Of a DNA stretch of 64,000 bases, positions 25,687 through 38,448 are shown piece after piece. The stretch lies in NCBI GenBank assembly GCA_965645245.1, contig OZ287077.1:1054001-1118000 (forward strand). Direction: 5' to 3'. The DNA comes from Massalongia carnosa. Taxonomy: Eukaryota. A program made the translations under genes and the position numbers. The notes beneath the pieces are model-generated. The model saw only the letters and a program-made list of their open reading frames with translations. It did no database searches and was not told the origin of the DNA. Each line of letters opens with the position of its first letter. The first letter of the stretch is position 1.

Positions 25687-27158
25687 TCAAGCTTCCTCAG
25701 GAACGTTCTCTAATTCTGCGCGGTATCCAGAACGTTTGCCTTCCTCAGTCTCGTCAGGGTCACGAATCTGCAGGTCGATCACATCAACCTGGTTCTCGTC
25801 ATCCTCGGTAGGCCTGATGGCAAGACCAAGCTGGGCTAGGTTCTTGTTCCGGCGAGGTTTGAGCTGCATCTTCTGAACGATGGGATAGTAGTAAGCTCCT
25901 TTGTCCAATCGATCCGAAGCAGAACTACTCTCCCCAAGGCCTGTCTGGCTTGTCTTTTCCTCTAGGGTAGGGTTGTGAATGGCAAGCGCGACCTCCCTAT
26001 ATTGATTCTCCGACATGATGGACTGACGTCCAGTATCGTAGGTGCGGACGTGGTTGAGTCGGAAAGAGCCTTGCCCATCCTGGCCCTTCTTTGTGGCTAA
26101 AGCAGGATCCTCCTTGTCGAGGTTGTCGATATCCAACTTCTTTTTCATGTTGGCAGCTGTCTTTTCATCGACAGGAAGGAAGAAATCGTAGCTGTACAAG
26201 GGCCCACCAGGATGAGGGATATGCGCAGGATCGGCTTCATGGGCGGCAAGCTTAGCCTTGAAATCCAGTTCTGCGTCTTTACTCAAGTCGATAGGTTGTA
26301 GCACTCCAACGTCCATGCGAGTGTCTCGGGTATCAGTAGACTGTGTAGGATTGGACGCAAATTTAATGGTCATGTAGCTGGATGAATCCGTAACTGCATC
26401 GAGATCTGGTTTGATTGCGTAGGTATCTTGCACCTTGAGCTCTGATTTCGAAGGGTGCTTGGGATTTTTCCATGCTTCGAGCTCAGCTGGGCTAGGCACG
26501 GCTCCACGGATATTCTCTTTGGTATCAGGACCAGCGTAGGCGTCTTTGGGATTAGCGATGTCAAAGCCTTTTACCGTGGCACGGAGAACATTAACAGGTT
26601 CATCTTTTGTAGTGTCTGCCTGTTTGCGTATTTTGACGGGGGCTTTAGCCGTAGCCTTAGAAGCGCTAGCGTCAATACGAGCGCGTGATTGTTCAGAGGA
26701 AATGTACTCCGTGCGGCGCAAGAAACTATAGCCGCCAGGAGCGTATTTTGGCTTCCCAAGCTCGGAAAGTGGACGCAGAAGATTCTTGTCTTTGGGATGA
26801 ACAGGCGGGATGGCAAGCGGCGCTGTGATTGCTGATTTTGGTGCGCGTTAGAATTTTCCAGGAAAAGTGTTGGTCTTGGACATGATAACTTACATCTCTC
26901 ATCACCATCAAAAATCCCCGGCATACCCACAAGATCAATCGGCATCCCCAATTCGGCATCTGCCTCAATGTTCAAAGGTTGCTCCCTAGCCAGACGGGAT
27001 GCAAAGGCGGCCGAGGTGTAGTATGATAATCCATCAATTGGGATCTCCAAAAGTTTCGGCGCTCCAGGAGGAGGGGGCATATCATTTTCATAACGAATTC
27101 GGGCGATATAGTCTTGATGATAGACACGCTCAGGACGTGTAGGTTGTGGTGCTGCCAT
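25687..27158 (-). CDS. PAF1: RNA polymerase II-associated factor Paf1; intron 26832-26893
   Basis: HQDYIARIRYENDMPPPP..PKLL, IEADAELGMPIDL, SFLRRTEYISS, KHPSK and AYYYPI motifs. Confidence 0.9.
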
Positions 27159-27698
27159 TTTCGTATTGTTTGACCAGTCCAATATGTCGCTATCACTGAT
27201 GTAGCGTATGGGAGGGTGAAGGTTGGGATGTTCGTCCTCGTCCGGGTAAGTGATCCTTACCTTGACAGGTGCATCTAAGCAAAGTTAGAGGCTTGAATTT
27301 ACATGTGCTGGCGGAACGGAAGAACCTACGGCGTTGAACGCTTTGACCATCATCGGCGAACTTATCTCCGGTACCCGCGCGTAAATTTGAAGAATCAGCC
27401 ATGATTGGTGTTGCAAGCGGTAATCAGATTATCACGTGTGTTGTGGAGTAAGACGTAGACAATAAAAATAAGAAACTTGAGGTAGTTGGATGATTTTGCT
27501 CGTGGTGATAATGAAGTTGTGTTCAGCCGTTATGATTCATACTTCAGTCACATGCGCCCTAGCTATCTATTCATCGAACAGGTTACGACATGGACAAATA
27601 AACTACACTGTCCCAAAAGGTCATCAATGCATGAGTATTTGGAGTTTAGATCTGGACAAGATGCGTCCTTGAGCCATCATGACCAGATAGAGATCTGA

Positions 27699-30160
27699 TT
27701 ACCATGCCCACATACATTTATAGACCAAGACCCTAGCTCCAAGGCGATCATACTCCATCCTCCCAATCCAGCTATCGTTGGTCCCTCGTAACTTTCCAAA
27801 CACGCTGCCTCCCTTCCACACCACCCCCTGAGGATCAAGCTCCCTCGGCGGCGTTCCGATCATGATGTCTTTTGCAAAGCTTGGACGCAGCTGCTTTAAC
27901 CTCTCCTCTAAGAAAGAATAGAACCCCGGAATCTGCGATCCTCCTCCAATAACCATCACACCACCAAGGAAGTCCCTGGTTTTCCGCTCATCGTTTCGTG
28001 CTCCATGAATGATAGAGGTCAGAATGGCAGCATCAAGCGGAACCACCGGAAGCACATCATCCCTCAGTAAAGGTCCGAAAGTACTAACGGCATTGGCAGA
28101 ATTGGCATCTGCCATGGGCGCCGGAGTATTATCATCATCGTCAGGAACCGGTGAGCCGACAGCCGAGGATGAAAATCGGTCTCCATCATTGATTCTTTGT
28201 GCAAGGGTTGGTGGTAGTCGTGTTGGAGTCGAAACAGTGGGTCCATTAAGGTCACTATTCCCAAACGGTAGGGAGGTAGGAGGAGGTGCGAATGGGCTTA
28301 TTAGGGAAATTATAGATGTTTGAGCGGTCGAGTGAGGGTCATTCGGAGAGCCGTCGTAAAGATCTTGCGACGGGTATATTAGTTTCCTTCGGCCTCTCAA
28401 CTTCTTACTATTATCGAAGATGGAAGGTTGGAAAAATCCTTGGGCAGCTAAGAGAACCTCATCATATGTCTTGAAAGTATACTTTCGAGTGTCTTGCCCA
28501 GAAGCCCTTAGATGAAAGTCGAAAAGCTGAACACTAACATCTGCCTCATTCATTGTACAGAACTTGGATTTGAGTTCTTCTGCAAGTAGAAAATCGTATC
28601 TACGATTCAGGTTGATGTCCGAGTATGGAAAATGGTCGAACAACATCATCTTAATAAAAGTCTCTGTGACATCCGCTCCACCGTACTTGAGATTAATCCG
28701 AGAACTATCAATGCACATCCCTTCTTCGACACAGCATATTGAAGTCTTCTGAGCTCCTATGTCGACAACGCACGCGCTTGTATAACCTGCTCCAAATGTT
28801 GCCGCGAGACTCTCCTGAATAAAGCAGACTTTCCCAAAGCCAAAGTCTCGCATGAGCATTTCAAGGCTTTGAGTTACGTATTGTCTCTCATATAGATCTG
28901 GTACAATAAACACACAGCCGTATTGAGTCCAATCCTTTTTCCGGGGAAGATTTAGTTGTTGTTTGATGGCCTCTTCAATGATGATAGCCACATCGTCATA
29001 TAACGTCTTTTTCTCATTGTAGTCGTGTTCATTGTACCATCCTTGTTGCAGCGGCCAGAAGAGTTTGTACCTTGGATTGGAAGTATCGGGTATCCTCAAG
29101 GCTGATTTTCCTGTGAAATATCCTGGAGCATCTTCTTGATTAGAAGGGAGCTCCGTCCAATCAACTCGAAGAGGATCGTTGTGTTCTGAGATGGTTTCGG
29201 GCGGTGTTCGTCGATTGTAATTAACAACAAGTTCTTTGGAGTTTGGCAGTACTCTACGTTTATTATTGCGCATATGAATTTTCAGATCAGCACACATGGT
29301 TGTATATTGCTTTGCAAACTAGCGTTTCCGTTAGAAGTACCAGAGAGTAACTGCAGACGTCTACCTACGTCGTCGCCGAATATCTTTTCTGGCTCGAGCT
29401 CTGAGCCATCGTCTAATTTAAGCCTTTTAGGTCTTGGCTCTCCTCGTCCTTCTTCAGACTCGCTCAATCTCCATTTCCGTGCAATCACCATGGGAACTGT
29501 TTTAGGGAGCGCATCGCTTGCAAGGCCTATCCGTAAGTTCTGACTTCCTGGATGGATCACTATAACTTTCGAGCCTAAGGCATCTTGGCCCGTGAGGAGT
29601 CCACCACCATCTTCGAGCCCAACTTCATCATCAATATCCATGTACGGCTCGCCGGACGCAAGATCCTCCAATCTAGCCTGAGCAAGGGCACGATCTCTGT
29701 CTTTTGCATTTGTTGTCATCTGGTTCCGACGCTCATCCTGCTGCAGTCGAAGCGGGAGGATCTGATCATCACGCTTGAGATACTCTCTAAGCAAGCGATT
29801 AGTAGTATAAACCAAAAACTTATAAAAACAACATATGTTCGGCTAAAACAAATAGCTACCCAATGCGGTTAATTTCTCTGCTGCCTTTGATTGTTTTGAA
29901 ATGCAGAAAGCCTCATTGTCGATAGTAGGAAAGACGTACGTATAGTAATTCTTCTGATTTATCATATTCACCTGGGGCCAGGTCGTGAGCTCCATATTAT
30001 TGTCTGTGCGCTCAAGGCCTAAAAATTTGAACAATTGCCATTAGTAAACTGCCTTGTTCAAGCTTCACTCCAAAAGGGGAACAAAAGGCTCGAAATGTTC
30101 GAATGGATATCACGTGCCTTCCTCCCGTAGTAGGGCTTTTCCTGATTTCTTTCCAACCAT
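27699..30160 (-). CDS. ARP8: Actin-related protein 8 (INO80 complex); exons 30160-30118, 30018-29940, 29786-29369, 29318-27699
   Basis: MVGKKSGKALLREEGLERTDNN, INQKNYYTEYLKRDDQ, VIVIHPGSQNLRIG, ACVVDIGAQKTSICCVEEG, PPRELDPQGVVWKGG; all splice junctions keep frame. Confidence 0.92.
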
Positions 30161-30569
30161 CTTCGTAGTGCTAGCACGACCGCGAGTGAACTTTTTAAGA
30201 TCAGTCTCCCAGCTCTGTGGAAGTATGTCCTTGGTGGGAATGCAGGGAGGTAGGCGAAATGCATATAAGTTTTCAGGCGATAGTAACGCGCATGCGGCGC
30301 TTTCGGACGCGCATCGCCGGGAAGGTTCAGGGCCCGCAATGAGGCTAGATCGTGCAGAGCTGCATGCAGCTCATGACCCGGTAGTTAGATCAGACGTTGA
30401 CGGACATGCAAAATATATTAGAAATCATCAGCAGTTTCGTCATGATGCATTTTGCTCATTGGCCACAGAAGTCCCTTTGGGTACCAAGAAACCACAACTG
30501 AAGATATTTCTACCCCGTGTTCTAATTGACTCTACTTTTTTTTGGCGTTATTAAAAGACCTAAGCCGGC

Positions 30570-31381
30570 ATGGGGGGATCAGTATCTCGCATTCTGTCCG
30601 GCCTTCTTTGGACCAAGAAGGAAATAAGGATATTGATTCTAGGGCTTGTACGAGATGAATTCAATCTATATAAGGTCCATGTACTGGCTGGCTGACAGAT
30701 TTTGCCTCAGGATAATGCGGGGAAAACTACACTACTATATAGACTTAAGGTCAGCTTCCCCAAGGACATACGATCTTATGCAGATGGCTTACTGCTGCGC
30801 ATAGATCGGAGAGGTTGTCACAACGATACCAACAATCGGCTTCAATGTCGAATCTGTAACCTATAAAAACCTTAACTTCAACGTCTGGGTAAGCCCCCCT
30901 CCACTTTCCTTTATTTTGCATCCCATATCCACCTCTCCATCTAAACCTCAAAACAGGATCTCGGCGGACAAACCTCTATACGTCCCTACTGGCGTTGCTA
31001 CTACGCCAACACTGCCGCCGTTATCTTCGTCGTCGACTCTACCGATATTGAACGGCTCAGCACTGCCTCGGACGAGCTAGCCGCTATGCTTAACGAAGAA
31101 GAACTGCGCGATGCTGCGCTGCTAGTGTTTGCGAACAAGCAGGACCAGCCCGGGTCGAAGGGCGCGGGGGAGATCTCCGAGGCGCTGAATCTGGGGGAGT
31201 TGCGGGATCGGAACTGGAGCATTGTGGTGTGCTCAGCAGTGGATGGGAGGGGAGTTAACGAGGGGATGGACTGGTTGGTGGTGAGTCGCTCCGTTGCTTT
31301 TGGGGATGGTGCTGCTTGTTGTTTGTGGTCTGGTTCACTAATAGATCGATGTGATAGCAAACAGTGCAGTCGGAGTCGTGA
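30570..31381 (+). CDS. ARL1: ADP-ribosylation factor-like GTPase Arl1, multi-exon
   Basis: MGGS myristoylation start, [46 protein letters not shown] (Arl1 signature), FANKQDQPG; last exon QTVQSES*. Confidence 0.93.
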
Positions 31382-33854
31382 TATGGGCTGTCTGATTGGG
31401 CAATTCGGCATTTTCGAGCGGGTTAGGTTCCTTTTTGAAGACTGTTTGACAATATCGGAGGCTCATGAATTCTATGATGGCCAATATCACGACAGGAATG
31501 ATACCCATATTACTACGTCCCTCGTTTTTCACCCTTGATGAGAAGATGTTTATAGAAATATTATAGGATTTCTAAGAGCCTTCAATTTTCACCCCGTTAC
31601 CCTTGATAGTACCAGTCTTATTCACTCTATTTGATATCAGTTACAAGTATTTGGATCCATCAGCCACCCTTACTCCCCCACCCATCCATGCATCGGCTAC
31701 AGAAAGTCCCGGGCAAACCAAGCCAGACACAAAAGAATCCTTCCTTTAGAACAAACCTTCCAGTAAAGGAATTCCCATCTACCTATACCGTCCTGTTTCA
31801 TCTCCGTGTCAAACCTAAGCTCTTAACCACCGATCAATCTTCCGTATCTAATTACATGAAGTCTGCACGGACATGTTTCCAGTCTTACAACCATGTTGTT
31901 TGAAAGGATGCCTCCCTGCCAGTCTTCATCATACCCGTTACGTGCATACACCATGCCTTCAACACCCTCAACGAGGCTGGCAGCATGCTTTTATAAGACT
32001 TCATCGTGAAAACCTGGAAGGATGGATATGTCCATTTATGATCACGGTTTTGCCATGAGTGGCTTCTCTAGTGTGCTATGTATACGAAGAAAGCTATTAG
32101 TCAGCATTGTGATGTGCAAATCGAGTTCAAGCTTACTTGCATGCTTCCATTTTGAACCTGCTTGAGTCTAGCAAGCGTCTCCCCCGAAAGGCAGACCACT
32201 GCATTCCAGTATCTTTCTGTTTTGTGTTATCAGGTCTATAGTCATCCTAGATCCCATCTACACCTATTCGGCCAGCGTTACCATTCTGCATTCTCCGCAG
32301 TAACGCCCAACGTCTCGATTAACCATATCCTGCGACGTTGACCTTTATATAACATTGACATCAATAGTAACAGTAGCACCATAGCTTCCGTCACAAATCT
32401 TGGATTACATCCAACAGACTATACTAGTGCTATATTTCCCGACTTTCCTGGTCTGCCCAAGTTTTTCTGATTCTGCTAATTCTAGTTTCAGTGAAAGCAA
32501 ACAAATGGTGGCGTAGACGTGATTAGGTATGAGTGTCAATGGCTTTAGACCTCAAGGGGTTGTTTGAAGGGTTTCATTTCTGACGACCCTCCATTAGGAT
32601 TCTTGGGAAAGGGGTGGATGTAGGTAAAAGAGGTAGAAGTTATTTTGTGTACTGCTCCGCTGCTGATTCTCATTGAGGATGCTGGGTTAGGGACTTATGT
32701 AAGTAGTTGGTGAAAAAAGGAGGTAGAAGGAGAGCGTATGTGGCATACAAGATGGATGTTGCCTGGTAACTGAAAAAGCGAATGGAATATAGTGTATAGC
32801 TAAGTGAAAGTTGCTAACCTGAATTTTGCTAACCTGAATTTTGCCGGAAAAATCTCTTCGATGTGCTTTGGACATGCGTGTACGATTTCGATGTGAGAAC
32901 CATGCTTCGTAAGATACACTGTAGACAGGTCAAAAGAAGTGCTGGACTGATTCTTCTATGAATGCACTATAAAGTTCAAAACTAGAGTTGATACATGGAG
33001 AAGAATAGAGCTCTTTCTCCAGCTTTGACTTTGCAGCTTCAGATACTTATGAAAGCTGGTAGTGAAATTCACCTACGGAGGAAATGATCAGTCTCAGGGG
33101 TAAAAAAAAATCGATTTAAACGTTGCTATCCATATTTGAACTAGAATTCAGCTGGTCAGAGCCAATAAATATCGAAGCATCAGAAGCTTATTGAAGTCCA
33201 GTTCGGGTAGAGACCCAGGAATTCAGATGAACGTTTGTACTCCTAATATCACTCAATTTTTCTGTGTCTTGTCTTCCATCTAGCCATTGCTCTGAAGCAG
33301 TAGTTACGTTTTTGCAATCCATAGCAGAAGTCTTCCTGGCTCCACTTTTATGAAGCTTATGCTCAAGACTTTGATGAGACATTCAAATCAGGTCTAACAG
33401 CGAAGATCTTGCCTGATGAAGTCCCCAATAAACTGCATAGAGACTCAATAGCATTCATTACCTCTCTTAAATAAACCGTGATTCTCCATTGACCAAGCCG
33501 TTCTTTCTGTTGTAGAGACTCTAAAATGCCCAACTGTAAGGACACCCAAACAAAATGTTCTAGCAACGCTACCGCAAAGTGTTGGCCTAGTCCTTGTTTT
33601 CCTAGAAACGGTGAATTGTTTACTTGTTGACTCGGCGTTGAAAGTTTGTTATTAAATCCTCAATAGTTTCCTTTCTTCTTCTCTTCTCTTCTCTTTCATT
33701 TCTTCTTGCAAACATTCAAGCTTTATCGATTTCATCATCAAAGAACCATCCAAGACCACCCAAGCTCAATCTTGTAAATTCTGTCATCCATTGAAGCATC
33801 TTGTAGAGTACTTGCTCATCCATATCCACATTAGTGATCCGACCTTACGTCAGC

Positions 33855-36800
33855 ATGTCTGACGTCAACGTGCCTGTAATGGGCGATCGGTCGGTAAGTT
33901 CAGTCACCAATTCCATCTAACTTCTTCTGTGCATCCAATCCTGGCTCTTGCCGTTTGTTTTGACAAGGATTCTCGGCGCGAAATTTACCTTTTTTAAAAC
34001 CACTGTTTCCTTATTCTCTACTGCACGCTCTTCTTATCCTTCATGGACGATACACTAAAAGATCCTCGATTTTTAGTCTGATCAAGAGGCTGGCCATCCC
34101 CCGGCTTCTAATACCAGACATCGCCCAAACCCTGAGCGTAGCATTGAAGCAGACGCACAGCTTCTGCTGGATTTGGCTGCCGCTGCAAGCCCGTTGTCTA
34201 CCATCAACGAAGAGAGCACAATTCAAGACTTGTGGACTGCCGAGTATACCCCAAGCAACCTAAGCCAGAGCGCAGGAGAGCTAGGCAATCCACCAAGCAC
34301 TGTAGCTTCTGCAGCTTCTCGTACAGCTCCTGTGAATCTTGTTCCCCCAAGCCCTCTTCTTCGTGCTTCTTTACTCGGTAGAGCTCGTCCAGATCATCAG
34401 CCATCTCTTCCTGCTTTCCCCTCGTTTACTCCTGTGAACACCAGAGCGTCTGTGGCAAACATCTTGCATCAAGCCACACCTGCAACCTTGGACGCATCCT
34501 CACTTGTCGCTGCACCAAAATCTCGAGCTCGTCGTGTCGTTGAAGGTACGGCTCCACTGTTCGATAGTGCATATTCAAGTACAGCTACAAGCTCCAGCTC
34601 AAATTCAAGAACTCGAGAACAGAGTGTCTACAAAACCACCGATCCAAACTTGCATAGCGCATACCCATATCTTTTCTCGTCAGGAGCTCCAGCTGAGAGT
34701 CTTCACGAACCCGCATATTCATCTTTCTCTTCATCAAAAGCTACAGTTCAGAGTGCTTACCAATCCACCGGTTCCGGCTTGCACACCGCATACTCATCTT
34801 CTCCATCGTCAAGAGCTCCAGGCGAGAGCATTGACAAGCTTACCAGTCCAAGCTCACATAGCGAACATCCATCCTTATCTTCAAACACTTCAACTCGGGG
34901 TGTTTACAGACTCACCCATTCAGGTCTTCAGAACGCGCATCAAACCACGTCTACAGGCTCTATCACATTTCCACCTTTTTCCGCATCGGATGCTCAAGCT
35001 CAGAGTGCTTATGAATCTCCCGCTTCAAGCTTGCAAAGCACGCATCTAGTCACATTTTCAGCCTCGAGCACACATCCATCTATCTCCGCTTCTAAAACTG
35101 AGGTTCAGGGTGTCTATAACCCAGCATATTCAGTGCCGAATACTACAGACCTAGCCACAGTCGCAGCTTCTAGCACACAGGTGGCTATTCCTGCTTCGAA
35201 AGCTCGATCTTCTCGTGTTGTCGAACCCAGCGATCGAGTATTACGAAAGAAGCAAGTACCATATCACCGACTTGCCGATATGGCTCCAGCAAGTAAAGCT
35301 TCAAACAAGCGAAAAGCTATCATCACTAAGGATCAGCCTGCGAAGAAAGCTCGCACTGAGGTCTTAGCTACATCTTCCACTGCTATTACTACAGCAGGTC
35401 CATCTACAACACGAGCTCAGTTGAAGAATCAGCCTGCATCTGGCAAATTTAAGAAAGCTACGGCACCAGCTGCAAAGAGAACTCAACTTACTACCGAAGC
35501 TAGCCCATCTAAAGCTGATACCGATAACACTCCTACGTCTTCAGTTGATCCTACCACCACCTCTACAAACCCCACTTCTTCAACATCCATTGTCGCCACC
35601 ACGGAAGTTAAGAAACCTAACAATCCCAGTAGCGAAGCTGAAGCATCGTCGAGTCGACCAAACAAACGTAAAGCTAAATCCACCGAAGTTATAGCTAGTA
35701 AGAAAGCTCGCGTTACTGCTGAAGCTGCATCAAGTGCGAGGAGAGGCGCAACTCCTAATGCAACTATGAAAGGCAGGACTTCGGTTGCGACCACTGCTAA
35801 AGGCAGAAGTGCAGCTACAAGTAGAGCTACTAAGCCTAGAGGCAGGACTGTAGCTACACGTGGAACTACTACTACCGCCACTACGGCAACGCACCCTACG
35901 CCTAAGAATGAAGATGAAGATCAGGAAGAAAGTCCGACTCCCCCACCGCCCCCTTCAAAGAAACCTCGCGTTGCGAAGCAACCCAAGGAGCCTAAGCGAA
36001 AAACTGTCATTAATCAAGTTCCAACACAGAAGCTAGATGTGTTTGTTTGGGGTGAAGGTGCATTAGGTGAGCTAGGACTCGGAAACTTAAATAACGCGAT
36101 CAACGTCAAGCGCCCACGACTTCACCCGCACCTTTCAGCGAGCGAGGTTGGTGTAGTTCAAATCGCTACCGGGGGGATGCACTCAGCTGCTTTGACACAT
36201 GACAACTTGATCCTTACCTGGGGAGTTAACGACCAAGGAGCTTTAGGAAGAGATACAACCTGGACCCCGCCTCCGAGAACTGCACAAGATAATGATACTG
36301 ACGATGACGACGACGATAATCTTGGCTTTAACCCGCTTGAATGCATTCCGGTTGCAATTCCGCGTGAGAGCTTTCCGGAGGGCGTCGTATTTACGCAGGT
36401 TGCTTGCGGAGACAGCATGACTTTCGCCGTTACAGATGATGGAGATGTATATGGATGGGGTACTTTCCGAGTAAGATCTTGTCATTTCGAGTTCTTGTCC
36501 AAGATGCAATGCTGATCATTTGTGTCCAGTCCAACGAAGGCATCATGGGATTTACAGAAGAAGTGCTAATTCAAGAAACTCCCATCAAAATGTCTAATCT
36601 TAGCAAGATCACCCAAGTCACCTGCGGCGCAAATCACGTTTGTGCTTTGAGGCAAAACGGCGAAGTCTACATTTGGGGTTCAGGCGAGCAAAACCAACTC
36701 GGCCATCGTATGCTTGAACGAAAGCGCTATGATGCGTTGATCCCGTCAAGGCTTCGTATCAAAAAGCCTATTAGACTTATCGGCTGCGGGCATGATCACT

Positions 36801-37366
36801 CCTTCGCAGTCGACCGTGACAACAACACTTGGACCTGGGGCCTCAACAACTTCGGTGAAACCTCTATTAGAGAGGGCGCCGGCGGCGACCGAGCCGTCGT
36901 CTTTAACCCGGTCAAAGTTCCTTCGCTCAACCTCCTCAACGACAGCATTACCACCATCACCGGTGGTGCCCATCACTCTGTCGCCACTACTGCCAACGGG
37001 GTGTGCTTGGTTTGGGGCCGATTGGACGGCAAGCAAATGGGTTTGGACATCGCCTCCCTTCCAAAAGATAATATCATCAAGGACGCTAAGGACCATCCAC
37101 GGATCCTCATCAAGCCAACTGCCTTACCAGCGGACTCGATAGGGGCCGCAACCATGGCAGCAGTTGGCACAGACCATACGATCTGTATCAATGCCGCCGG
37201 CGAGGCCTTTAGTTGGGGCTTCAATGTCAACTATCAGTGCGGGCAAGGCACTGATACAGACATTGAGGCCCCAATTCGGATCAACAATACTGCGGTTCGC
37301 AACCGCGCGTTGATCTGGGCCGGAGCCGGCAGCCAATTCTCGGTGGCGACGGCATTGGCGGCTTGA
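33855..37366 (+). CDS. RCC1-family (Ran GEF, Pim1/Srm1-like) beta-propeller protein with a very long Ser/Thr-rich N-terminal extension; intron 36471-36529; 5' exon tentative
   Basis: RCC1 repeats VFVWGEGALGELGLG, GGMHSAALT..TWGVNDQGALGR, VYGWGTFR|SNEG, WGSGEQNQLG, WGLNNFGET, WGFNVNYQCGQG, WAGAGSQFS. Start 33855 is inferred from an ATG followed by a GTAAGT donor; an alternative start is ATG 35280. Confidence 0.82.
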
Positions 37367-37464
37367 TGAGGGGGCGAGGTGATGAGGCGGAAGGAGGTGG
37401 CAATAATTGTGTTTCGTGGCTGATTGGTTTGGTTTGTTTCTTATTTTTGTGGGCGTAGGAGGGG

Positions 37465-37670
37465 GGACGGAGGACTTGATTTCCTTGTGTGACTGACTTC
37501 GGTGTATGTCCGCGAGTTGAGATCGAGCCTGTCAAACTCTTCCTATTAGCTTGGGTGGATGGAGGACTTGGTTTCCTCGTGTGACTGACTTCGGTGTATG
37601 TCCGCGAGTTGAGATCTGGTCTGATCCTTTCTTGCTCTCAAACTCTTTCTTCCAGCTTGGGTGGATGGAT
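37465..37670. repeat. Imperfect tandem duplication (about 90-105 bp unit, 2 copies) downstream of the RCC1 gene
   Basis: GTGTGACTGACTTCGGTGTATGTCCGCGAGTTGAGATC occurs twice, as does CAAACTCTT...AGCTTGGGTGGATGGA. Confidence 0.85.
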
Positions 37671-38289
37671 TTCATGTGTGCATTTCCCTTTGTTGTTCTC
37701 TTTTGTCGGGCTGGATTGGGTTGCGGGGTGCGTTTTGATTCAATTTCCCGAGTTTCTCTTTTTCTGTGAGTCTTCTTCTCGGCTGTGAAGGAGGCGGGCC
37801 CCTACTGGACATCTACTGGGCAAAGCCTGTAAATAGCATTTTTCTTGCCTGCTCATCTCTCTGTCCACCTCGTCTTATGGGGGATGTGCTCTTCTCCTCG
37901 TTCTGCGGAAATCTGGTAGTTTGAGCCTTTTTAATTGAATACACAGGACTAGCCTCTTCTCCGAGGATATCGTGACTTTGCTACGCAGATTTAAGCCATC
38001 TACTTAAGGTGTATGAAAGATTGCTGAAGATCATTGTAGACAAGATGTTTTGTTTCTTTGTGTGGATACAATGTGCTCTCGTTTCGTTTCTCCACGAAGG
38101 CCCGTTTATTATAGAATGAATGTAGGATGAGAGGCATAGCATGAGTAGGAAAAGCTACAGGTTTAGTAAGAATATTCCCTTGAGCATTGAAAAGTGTTCT
38201 GAAAATTGGGTTTCTCTCTTTTTGTTTCTGTTGTAGATCTGTTTTCTAGGAGTTGTGGTTTTTCTAACATGGTATAGCAATCGTGGTGT

Positions 38290-38448
38290 TTGTTGTGTTG
38301 AGGTTGGAATCCAAATTGTTGTGTTGAGGTTGGAATCCAAATTGTTGTGTTGAGGTTGGAATCCAAATTGTTGTGTTGAGGTTGGAATCCAAATTGTTGT
38401 GTTGAGGTTGGAATCCAAATTGTTGTGTTGAGGTTGGAATCCAAATTG
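38290..38448. repeat. Perfect minisatellite, 6 x 26 bp TTGTTGTGTTGAGGTTGGAATCCAAA
   Basis: Units start at 38290, 38316, 38342, 38368, 38394 and 38420; identical, with no spacers. Confidence 0.97.

Noticed and set aside
38290..38448. CRISPR-like array of palindromic repeats
   Set aside because: Units are head-to-tail with no unique spacers, there are no cas genes and the context is eukaryotic; it is a minisatellite, and the overlapping repetitive ORFs are by-products.
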